Below the pieces are notes generated by a model. The model was not told the DNA's origin. It was given only the letters and a program-made list of their open reading frames with translations, and made no database searches. From NCBI GenBank assembly GCA_965644265.1, contig OZ286460.1:99944001-100008000 (forward strand): 64,000 nucleotides of DNA. Reading direction: 5' to 3'. Below, in pieces: positions 28,458 to 40,400 of this stretch; within the stretch, counting starts at the first letter, position 1; every line of letters starts with the position of its first letter. A program made the position numbers and the translations under genes. This DNA is from Glycera tridactyla. Its lineage: Eukaryota.

Positions 28458-31400
28458 ATGTGTGCGTGCATGTGTGCCCCTCTACAAATTTCTGTGCATG
28501 CAGCTGTGGCTAAAGTATTGATGCTACATTAGCCAAATTCGATTTGTGGAATGCCCCCATGGTGGAGGTGTGCACAGGCATGAATTTTCACTCCTGTGAC
28601 CTATGACCTTGGAGATATGACCTTCAACTTGAAATGTTTGTCTGTGCTGCTGTGGCCAAGATATTAATGCCACAGTGGCTAATCTGTACCTGTGGACTTT
28701 CGATCAGGCGTAGATGTGATAGGCATTGATTTCTGCCCTTGCAACATTTGACCTTGGAAATATGACCTTGAACTTGATGATGGAGGGGTTTGTGTGTGCA
28801 TGTGTGTGGGGGCCGGGGAGGGGGAGTGGGTGGGGTTTGGGTGTGTGGGGGTGTGTGCTTGGGTGTGAGTTGGGTGATGGGTGGGTGATGGGGGTAGAGG
28901 GTGGGTGATGTGGGTGTGGCTTGGGTGGGGTGGAGCCTGGGTGGTGCCAGGGGGATGGAGGAGTTGGGGTGGGGCGGGTGTGGGGCTGTGTGCAAGTGTG
29001 TGTGTGTGTGTGGGGGGGGGGGTGATTTGGGTAGAGGGTGGGTAGTGGGGGTGTGCCGGGGTTGGGGGTGGGGATGGGGGGGGGGGTAATGTGTCCCCTT
29101 TCAACAAGCGGCGTGCATGCGAGCCTTATGTGCATTTATGCCTTGTGTTGAATAGATTCACCTGCTCGATTAGACATACCCCTTACCTCATCAAAAAATT
29201 AATACTTCATGGTTTCATCACCTCATACTTCACATAAACAGCACAAAATAGCTATCCATTCTGATAATGAAACGTATAGCTCAGCAGCATATATGAGGCT
29301 TTTGCAATATAATCTTATCTGAATTATTGGTGTAATCATCATGGCTGCGATGCATGGTGCAAACATGATGAAGTTTGGCTTCACCAACGGATGGTGATCT
29401 CTGACTGGTCAATCAATTAGATCATGCAGTTTTTTGGTGCTTTTATCACTGATATTGTGACAATCATGGCATCTCCGAAATATCACTGCAGCCACAAACT
29501 TCACTCGGTCAAGTCATTAATTGCAGGATCAAATTTATGGTCCGTAAAAGGTATTTTCCTCCCACTCAGGTCAGCATCGTTCATGACTTTGGGCAATGAT
29601 TGACAAAGGCCTCATGTTATATTACACACATATCAGCCATTTAATGTGCAAGTGAAAAACGAAAATTGAGATTTTAATTTATGTGCCTCCTTCTTGATAT
29701 TTGCTCACTTACTTTTTGCATCTATTTTAGCAGAATATGGTAGTTGTGTGTTCAATTTACCTCCCTTCATCTCCCTTGATATTTCACTTAAATGTTGATT
29801 GATGTTCATGTGATCTCAGAAATATCATACAAATGTCACTGGATGTCTCTTCTAAAGACGTACAAATATCTTGAAAGCTCTGGATGCATCTCATGGAACT
29901 CAAACATTAGCACTGAGGGTGTTAGAATGAATAGATGCATTTATCCACTTAAATTGGGATGAACTAGGGTGCATACATAAAGTGAGTGTGCAGCTCTAAT
30001 CCATAGATGAAATTCCTCTCATTTGGCATGGATGTTTTTCCGAATACAGTGAAACCTGTGACGAGAGACCACCCTAAATGTCACCAAAAAGTGGTCTCTC
30101 AAAAGAGGTGGTCTCTCGCCAGATTTGTATTTGACTATGTCAAATGGAGAAGCCGCCTTGGAAGAGCAGTCTCCTGTCGGAAGAGCAGTCTCCTGTCGGA
30201 AGTGCGCTATCGTCGGGGGTCTCCCGTCACAGGTTTCACTGTACAGCTGTAAGACAACCAGCCTTTGCAATGACTCTATATGAATCCAGAGAATTCACTT
30301 AGCAAATGATGCAAACAGTCAGAGGACAGGTATACCCTGCAATGGCCTCTCTCCCCATGGCATTATTAGTTTCATTAAAAAAAATGTATACCAAAATTAA
30401 TTTAAAAAATCTGTTCTTTTTGTTGTTGCCATATCATGAAAATTACAAAATGTAATTTCCCTGGCAAACTTTTGCTTGGGGAGTGGCTGCTTCAATGCAG
30501 AATTCCCGCCAACTGATTTCATGCATGCGCAGCTGTAACTTCCTAGCATGAAATTCTGCACATGCGTAATGAAGTCGCCATGGACTTGAAAAAAATTTCG
30601 TTTTGCACATTCACATTTCAAATTCCAACTCGGGAAATTCTATACATCAAACAGTGAGTTCCAAATTACTTCAATTGCAAGCGCATTACTGATACCTCTG
30701 GATTACTTCTCTATCTTACAAAATTAAATTTGTTGTGAACAATTTGTCTTTTGCTATCTTTCAGATGCGTGATGTAAAGTGAAGTTATAAGAGCTTTCAT
30801 TGAAGTATAAGGTCTTTCCTGCTTTTTGCCTGTTTGCATTTTCAGTAATCAGACCTATTCTTTTAGCCACCTAACCTGGTCACCTTACTATCTGTCTTGC
30901 CAACTCATGAGGGGGGATATTTTCAATCCTGGTATTCCCAAAGCAGTCATTTTGCAGACTCTGTCAGGATGAAAGTGATACCATGACCTTGTGTATTTCT
31001 GCAGCTGGCCATCAGATGTTTACCAACATCTCACGATGTCAGAATTGCATTTCACTGAAGTATGAGGATTTGAAAATATTACGTTCTCTCTCAATCTAAT
31101 GAAAGGGTATGATTCAGAAGGTCACTTTTCATTATTGCAGAGACCGTAAGTTGACCTCTGTCACTTCGATATCAGGAAACTTATATGCAATCAGCTAACG
31201 AGAAAATCCAGATACACACAATATCTATGCCACCTTTACGTACTGACTGAGTCAAAGACCTTTTTGTAATCTTTGAGCATGATCGCTCCTGATGGGTGCT
31301 TTCCCTTCACCATCATGAAGTACATTTGGGAGTGGCTATCGAATTGACTTATCATTTCTGGAAGCTTCACCGTTGATACATGTTATCAAGGTCAGATTAT

Positions 31401-34400
31401 ATCATCACTTTCATCAAAATTCTGAGAAGGCCTGTACTCCCAGTTTTTCTTCATGGCAAATTCCTTTCTAGATAATGGCTCATTCTTTGTCTTAAGAATG
31501 AAGATGTAAAATGATTCCTTCTTCATGTTTCTGGTAGCAAGGGCATCACTTCACTGGGAGCAGAAATTCTAAGAAATTTCAACAGTGTATCTACAAATTA
31601 TCACGTTTGAAAATGAAGAAATATCAGATCATGGTGACATTAGAACATGCTATTATTCTATTTAATCTTAATTAAAAAGGATCAATACTCATGAGTTCAT
31701 ACTAATAATCTTTTCACAACTATTGGGTGCATCTCAATTTTATTCTTTCATATCTGGTTTTGGTTTCTTATATTCTCTACTTTGGAAATTGGTTTGATGT
31801 TCATGATATAGTCTATGGTTGAAGATCGTCTTGTGTAGAATCATTTATCAACCTGTACTCTGTCAAAACCTTGATCTACTAGGTACTTATTGGCAAGCGG
31901 GAGAAATGTGTGCACCATAACCCTCCCCACCACCACCACCAACACCACCCCCAAACAACCCACCTCCTGTACACTCATATGTTAAGATGGCCATGGTAAT
32001 AGTGTCTCCTTATGTTGGAATCTGTCTGTGAATAGATATTTCCTATACCTCTGAGATGAGAATGAAAGAACAAGTGTAGTACACTGGCAGCTTCTGTTCA
32101 GTATATATTCAGGCTTGCCTACATTATCCCATTAGAACTCTCCTTTCTATGCGTGGTGGGGGTCAAGATCATAGAAGTTGAGGGTTGTATGTCACTGGAA
32201 TAATACTCTTTATCGATCAGCATCCAGTGCCATCTTGTTGATCAGTAATTGTCCACTGCTTCATCAAATATAACAATCTGGCAAGCTGATATTGTGCCAA
32301 AACTTGTTTAAAGATGATGAACGGCATACTTCATTGTGGTCTATTACATCTATAACATATTAGCTCAGTTTAACTCATGATGGATGGGATCAAACGGTAT
32401 ATTGGATTCAAAATGTGGCGATTTTTGGCATTTTACAGCATTTACCATTCAGTGGGAGAGCATTGCGGGTCAGTTACTAGAGTTCATGGATATTATTTTG
32501 ATGCTCAGTTTGAATTCCTGCAGTGGAGTGTGTAGATTCACTGATGTCACATCTTGTCTGTAGTCAGAATCTTGACTTGAAAATTCCTTTTATGTTTGAA
32601 GATCTTATCCAGGTATTTGGAGTGCAGTTCATACATATCTTCGACTAACAAAATAACAAGACATTACTTGAGAGAGCAATAAGTGGATAGTATGATTAAT
32701 ATGAATGAGATTGGCCCTCTCCTGGTTTGTTATTTTCAAAACTTGTATCAGAGTCTTTGAATTCATATCAGGACAGAACTTGCACAGGCTCAGTGCCTTA
32801 TAACTCAATCAAGAAGAATCTACTATGAGTTCAAGTGGAATGGTCCACCTTTATAGAAACAATATCCTACCCTAGAGTCTATTAGGGACAAAAGTATATT
32901 GGGTCCTTATTTTGAAGGCATTTGCCCTGCTGGGGTAGTGATCAGGGTTTGGGGAGGGTTTCAATATACAGTCGAACCTCCCTTTAAAGACCGCCCTCGG
33001 TCGCACCAAAAAGTGGCCTTTATAGGGAGCTGGTCTTTATAGAGAGGTCATTCACTGTAAAAAATACTACCACGGTCGCAGTTCAGGGCGATATGATATG
33101 ATACACACCAATTTGATGTCTCCTGTTCACTGGACACCATGGTGTCTGAAGATATGAAACTTATCTTTCTTCCCTTTCGATAATCACGGATGTTCTGAAT
33201 ATTCTCCTTTCATGTCAATACTTGTACTGTACCTTGCATGAATATCCATTCAGGGTGCCAAACATGTGCTTTGATCTAGCTTACGGTGTCTTTATGGCTT
33301 CATTTTGAATTTTTTCTCATATTGATGGATTCAGTTTGAATTAGAATCTCTACATGTACATTATTCTCATGAAGGGAAAGCCTGAAAAGCATTGAATACA
33401 GTGAAGCCTGCGGCAAGAGACCGCCCTAAATGTCACCAAAAAGCGGTCTCTCAGAAAGGTGGTCTCTCATCGGAGGTATATTTGACTATGTCAAATAGGA
33501 AAGCTGCCCTGGAAAAAGCGGTCTCCCGCCGGAGGTGGTCTCTCTTCAGGGGGTCTCTCATCGCAGGTTTCACTGTATTCTATTTAGAAAATACTTAAGT
33601 CAGAAACCATGAGATTCACAGGTCAACCATGCACATAATCCATGAAATCTAAGGTGAGGAGGAACTGTTCTGGTAAAATGTTGAATGCTAAATAACTGGA
33701 ATAACTTTTATTGGATGGAATGGCGTATATGTTTCTGATTTCAGGTTATACAGGTGAGTCATAAGATTCATTCATTGGGCTCAGCATGTATTATTCAATT
33801 GTGATTGCATGCTAACAAGTGTCAATTGGGAATTGAGTTTCAGATGACATTTGAGGTGATACATTTTCACAATTCATATAAATGTACTGTATGTAGGTCT
33901 CAGTGATTTCACTTTTGGGGAAGATTCCCTGAAATCAGGATATTCATTTCGAGAATTGAAATTGGAATCCTTCAAGATGTTGACCAACTTGAGGAAAACT
34001 GAGATCCCTCGAAGTTGCATCACTGAATGTTGCATCTATTACAGGGTTGCACCCAGAGTGTCATGTAGGCATTTCACACACTATCAAGAATGTGCCCTTT
34101 ATTGAGAACACCAGGGGCCACAATACCTCCTAAATCAATTGAATGCTTGCACTTTTTTAATTGAATGAACTCATTTCACAGAGGGATGCCCCTTTTCGGA
34201 AATTTTAAGGTCCAAATAACCCAAATTTGGAAATCTTGAATGCAACCCTGCTAATGCAGGGCGTGGGGGCAGGCCACATGTTTTGATGAAATTGCTCCTA
34301 CTTTCAAAGCAATGACCGGCAATCATGCCTCCTAAATCAAGGAGAAGGTTGCACTTATTCCTCACTGAGTGAAACCATTCCGGAGATATTGTAACAAAAA

Positions 34401-37400
34401 TTCTGCCCTTATTCTACATTTGAAATTGCCCTCAATTTTGGAGTTTGTGGATGCTTTTCTGCATATGTACGTAGAGTGGGTGTGATGGAAAATAATGTAC
34501 ATGTAGATTCATTACAGTCTAACCTGTCCTAAGCAGACACCTGCCCTAAGCAGCCACTTTATTCCAGAAGGGCGGCTGCTTAGAGTAGCTTTGATTGTAC
34601 TTGAGGATGCTCTTTGTGATGAATTTGGTGAATTATCAAATAGAGCTTGAAGGCTTGAATTGCAGTAACTAGGTGAAGGACTAAACAATAACCGCCAACA
34701 CTTTCAGACAGTAACACTGCGGTTCAAAACAGGCATTTACAGCTGATTGTGTGAAAATTCGCTGGACAGTTGGTTGTTTTTAATCCCATAAGCACAATCT
34801 GGGCCATATTGAGCTGCCCATACAATGGGCATTGGTCCCCTAATGGAAGGTGAAAATTATGACATTCACAGACACACATGGTTTGCTGAGTTGGGCATAT
34901 TCCTTGAACTGATATTGAGTGGATAGAGGATGGCATATGTACTGTACATGAACAAGTACTAAATTTCAGCTTTCAAAAGCTAGCCAGTTCAATATTTTTT
35001 TGTATGACACATAGTTTGTGGTCAAAGCTATTCACGAATCTGTTGCACCTCTCAAATGTTAACATGAATAAAGCAGGAGTGAATCAGGAGCAGTCCCTTG
35101 GTTTCACAAGTGAACATGATTTCTAACATCTGGGAGCAGGGCTCCTGCTCAGATAGGTGACCAAAATGGATGGAGGTAACCATTCAAGGCCAGACCTGGA
35201 GTATTACACAGATCTATATGATATGTGCTACTCAATAAGGAGGCATCTCAGTGTGAAGGTGACTATTTGGAACCTGTGTACTCCAACACTGCTCAGAAAA
35301 GTAATTGTAAACTTGGGTGAACTTGTTATACGGGACTGTAAACCACAACATATATTTCATAAAGGCATGGAACAGTTATATACATTGTACTGTGGTCAGT
35401 CAAACACCATCTTATTTTGTTCAGCCCAATTTACTGATTAGAGTAGCTACCAACTATAAGGATAAAATGAGGATGTATGCCTGTGTACAAGTATAATTGG
35501 CCATTCATATCTATCGCAACAGCTAAAAGCAACTTGCATTTATATAGAATGCCCCAAGTGCCGTGGACGGGAAGGCATTAAGTGCTGAGCAGCCTGTCCC
35601 AGGAACGCACAAGTGACCGCAGACCACAAGTTGCAGCCACGAGTGCCTTCCCGGGGCAGGATGCGAGGCACGTAATGCCTTCCCATCCACAGCACGAGGG
35701 GTATTCTGTATTCATCATCCGATAAATGGATAGTATTACCTTCAATTTGCTGTTTGGAAGGTGAAAATCGGAGCAGCGGTTGATGAATCACAGCAATTTT
35801 TCTAGAGGCATTTTCCCCAACTATTTCCGTGACGCTACACAAATTGAATGCGCAGACGCTACCAGTTGACCTTTGACCTCGATTGTGCTATGGCCAATCA
35901 GCAGTGGCGGGACAATTACACGACGCTTGATGTAACCTCCAAGATTACGCGATCCATATGGATGTGCACCGTGTGCGGCAATTACATGCACACTACACTT
36001 GACATCGGATGATAAGATGCAAATACTTACAGCTCAGTTGCAAAGTATAGCAGTCATGGGGAAAACAATGTTTTGATTTTCTAAGGCTGTATTGGATATG
36101 ATTACAGCCGGGGACTGAGGTCAGTATATGTGTTGATGTCAGAAGCCAGAATTTATTTTTCATTTAAAAAGTCCAGTACAGTCTAAGCTGTCCGAAGCAA
36201 CCACTTTACTAAGCAGCCACTTCTTGTTTTCCAAAGAGCAGCTGCTTAGAATGCAGACAAAGCTTTCCATTATGGAATGATGAGAAGACTTTTTGATTAA
36301 ATCCCCAGTAGATCAATCTTTGGCTTAGAAATACTGGTAGCCTCTACTTTGCAAGTATCTTACTTGGTTTTGTTTGTCATTTTCAATAGCTGCTTTCCCA
36401 GAATTTGAGAGGTGAAATGAAAGTTGCGATGCCACTCAGTCGTTCCCTCAAGCAGTTCACACTCATTGAGTCATTGGCCCAGATGATGAAGATCAGCTCA
36501 TCAGAGGTAAGTGCTTTTCACCCTCTGGTCAGGGAAGTTTCACGGTACTCATAGTCAACTTTAATGGAGCGAAACTTTCATTTGTACCCTTTCGCCAAGC
36601 TTTGGCGAATGCGATTGTCAGTTTGTGTTATGTGACCTGTTGGCAGAGGTGGGGTCACATCATATGATCACCCCAAAACTCATTGGCAGGGTGTGTAGAC
36701 CCCGGTCCCGATTTAGGTTTGGTTGGTGTTGAATGATGTGGATGGCCTCTGCCATGCCTCTTCAGAACCAATCCTGTTCCTGGTGGAGCATGGTGATGTT
36801 TTCCTCGGAGAAAGTATGTTTATGTGAGCACATATGCAAATGACCTCAAGAGAAGGTTTCTGTGTGTTTCTTGGATTCCACCATAGTTTAGCACTAACAA
36901 CCCCCTGACTTGGACTGACAACCAGCCGTGATGATCTGCTGGTAAGATATCAGTCAATGTTGCCAAAAGATCCAGAGGATTTGTAGTTTTGCATGTTCAC
37001 TCCTTAATTGGGGATGATCTGCATTCAGTAGTGTGATGCATCAGTGTTCTTCATGGGTCATTGTTACAGCATTTTCAGAGAGGTTGAATGTCAGTAGATA
37101 GCAAGGGCACACCTGAGATACTTGGTACAGTGAACATGTTCAGTTTCGAAAGGGTGGCTGTGGAGTGCTATGAAAGTTGGTAAGTCAGTTGGTGTGGATG
37201 GTATCTAGCCCTCGTTCTTGAAGATTGCATCTAGTAAAATTGCAATTCCAGTTGCCCATATACTGAATATGTCCCTATTAAATGGTATTGTGCCGGATGA
37301 CTGGAAGGTTGCATGTGTAACCCCCCTATTTAAAGAAGGGAGTCGGAATGAAGTTGGGAACTGTAGACCAATTTCGGTATTACCCGTAATGGGGAAGCTC

Positions 37401-40400
37401 CTCGAGAGATTCGCTCATTCTCAGCTTTACTCGTTTCTCCATGAAAACAATCTCTTTGTGCCTAATCAATTTGGTTTTAGGGAAGGTTTCTCTACTATGT
37501 AGAATATCCATCTTGAACGACGTATATCTTGGGATAGACCAGAGACTTATAACAGGCATGGTATTTCTCGATTTGAAAAAGGCCTTTGACACTGTCGACC
37601 ACAACATACTGATTGATAAACTTGGTCAGTATGGGGTGGTCGGTGGTGTCAGGGCCTGGTTCAGGCACTATTTGAAGGATAGGAAACAATGCACCAAGTT
37701 TAGATCATCTATTTCTGAAGTGAGATTTATTGAATGTGGGGTACCACAGTCCATTTTAGGACCCCTTTTGTTCATCATCTACATAAATGACCTCTGTCAA
37801 ATGATTCAAAACTGTAAGATTGCTATGTATGTGGATGACACTGTAATATCTTGTACTGGGGAATCCATGGAGCAGGTTGAAAATATGCTTCAGCAAGATC
37901 TGAGTGAGGTTGAATTTTGGTTAAGGGCAAATAAATTAACCCTGAATGTAAAATAGACAAAATCCATGCTGTTCCACTCTACTGACTTCAGGGGCCAGAA
38001 ATTCTTGCAACTGCAAATGAATCATGAGGCAATTGAGCCAGTATATAAATTTAATTATCTTGGAATTTACCTAGACCTGACTCTAAATTTCAATCATCAT
38101 ATTGACCATGTTGTCAAGAAATCAAAGCGCAGACTAGCTGCAATAGGCAGGGTAAGAAAATTTCTTGATCTTAAGATAAGTCTAATGTTATACAGGTCCT
38201 TAGTGGTCGCACACTTTGACTTTGGTAATGTTATATATGGAGAGACATCAGCCTCGAACATGAAGAAGTTGCAAATACTGCAAAACAAGGGTCTTCGTAT
38301 GGTCTGCTTGGTCGATAGGTATTCATCAGCTACGAATCTCCATATCAGATTGAAACAACTTACTTTAGAAGAACGTAGATGCTTTCACTACTGTGTTTTC
38401 ATGTATAAAATCAGAATGGGCCTTATAAAGTCTAGTCTGTTATCTGATTTATTCAATTGTATCTCTCTGATTAATAGCTATGCAACCAGAGGGGCTGACA
38501 GGGGCGACCTTGTGGTCCCCTGACTCCGAACATCATTTTGGTGTTTGGAAGAAAAAACACAAGACAAAAATTTCCAGTTTTTGGTAAATTTATTGTAATA
38601 AACCTAACTGGTAGGATGACGACATTCTTATATTTCATGACATATTAAGAAATATTCACGTTGACATATCTCCCTCCCCCCCATTAAATATCTATCCCCT
38701 TATGTTTCAATCATGTGATATTCTACCATATTCAGTACCGACCAGTTACCTTGCTCGATGCAAGATTGAATGCTTGTAATTATGTAACCATGGCAACGCT
38801 TTGAATGTAATCATTGATGTCATCCAAAAATAAATATATAATACACCATTACTAGTTTCTTATCTCTCCAATGAAATTACCTGTTAATGTGAAAACAATG
38901 AGGAAGATAATCCATGTTGAGATGCTGAATTCTATGCGAAAAAAAGCCAATGATTCTTAGTCCGAACCTGCAATTTTGAGGTTGTCAAGCAATTGATAAT
39001 TGCTCTCTGCTAAGAAAACAAACCCAACATGGTTTCAAAATTTCCAGTTTTTTCACCAAAAAATTCCCTCCATCATTTCCCTGGTACATATTGATGGGAA
39101 ATAATTTCCCACCACTCTGCCCCCTGGAAATAATGGATAGAATTTATTCCTGTGAGAGAAATATGTATATGTTGTTGATGTGTATTGGTCAAAAATATTT
39201 TTTGACCTAACCTTATGTACCTTACATGAAATATCAAATATCAATTATGGATACAATAAACATCAAAAATTGGTCAGTCCACACACAGTGTGCACCAATC
39301 CATAAGCATAAGGTGTAAGGGGATGGGTTGGCGGGCAAATTACTTTGAAAGACTGGCTGAGATCAAGTGTTTCGCGCCTCGGGACTCGTGGACACTGCGC
39401 AGATTCATTGAAGCGTGTCCACCGCGTCCCCTCCCACATTAGGCTCACTGAACCGGTTGTAGTTGTTACCAGTCAATACAATCCAACCTGTTTACGATCA
39501 CCTCTGAAAAAGTTTTTTCTTCCATTGTCCAAAATGCATTGTTTGGTAAACAATTTGATTTTTGGTGTTTGGAAGAAAAAACACAAGACAAAAATTTCCA
39601 GTTTTTGGTAAATTTATTGTAATAAACCTAACTGGTAGGATGACGACATTCTTATATTTCATGACATATTAAGAAATATTCACGTTGACATATCTCCCTC
39701 CCCCCCATTAAATATCTATCCCCTTATGTTTCAATCATGTGATATTCTACCATATTCAGTACCGACCAGTTACCTTGCTCGATGCAAGATTGAATGCTTG
39801 TAATTATGTAACCATGGCAACGCTTTGAATGTAATCATTGATGTCATCCAAAAATAAATATATAATACACCATTACTAGTTTCTTATCTCTCCAATGAAA
39901 TTACCTGTTAATGTGAAAACAATGAGGAAGATAATCCATGTTGAGATGCTGAATTCTATGCGAAAAAAAGCCAATGATTCTTAGTCCGAACCTGCAATTT
40001 TGAGGTTGTCAAGCAATTGATAATTGCTCTCTGCTAAGAAAACAAACCCAACATGGTTTCAAAATTTCCAGTTTTTTCACCAAAAAATTCCCTCCATCAT
40101 TTCCCTGGTACATATTGATGGGAAATAATTTCCCACCACTCTGCCCCCTGGAAATAATGGATAGAATTTATTCCTGTGAGAGAAATATGTATATGTTGTT
40201 GATGTGTATTGGTCAAAAATATTTTTTGACCTAACCTTATGTACCTTACATGAAATATCAAATATCAATTATGGATACAATAAACATCAAAAATTGGTCA
40301 GTCCACACACAGTGTGCACCATACCAACACAGTTGGTCGACCAATCAAATCTTATAGTGTAATCATCTGGGGCCTTATATACTTCTTGTAAGCCTGAGAC

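Noticed and set aside
28624-29135. Pro/His/Thr-rich and Gly-rich ORFs
   Set aside because: Translation of low-complexity G-rich and GT repeats
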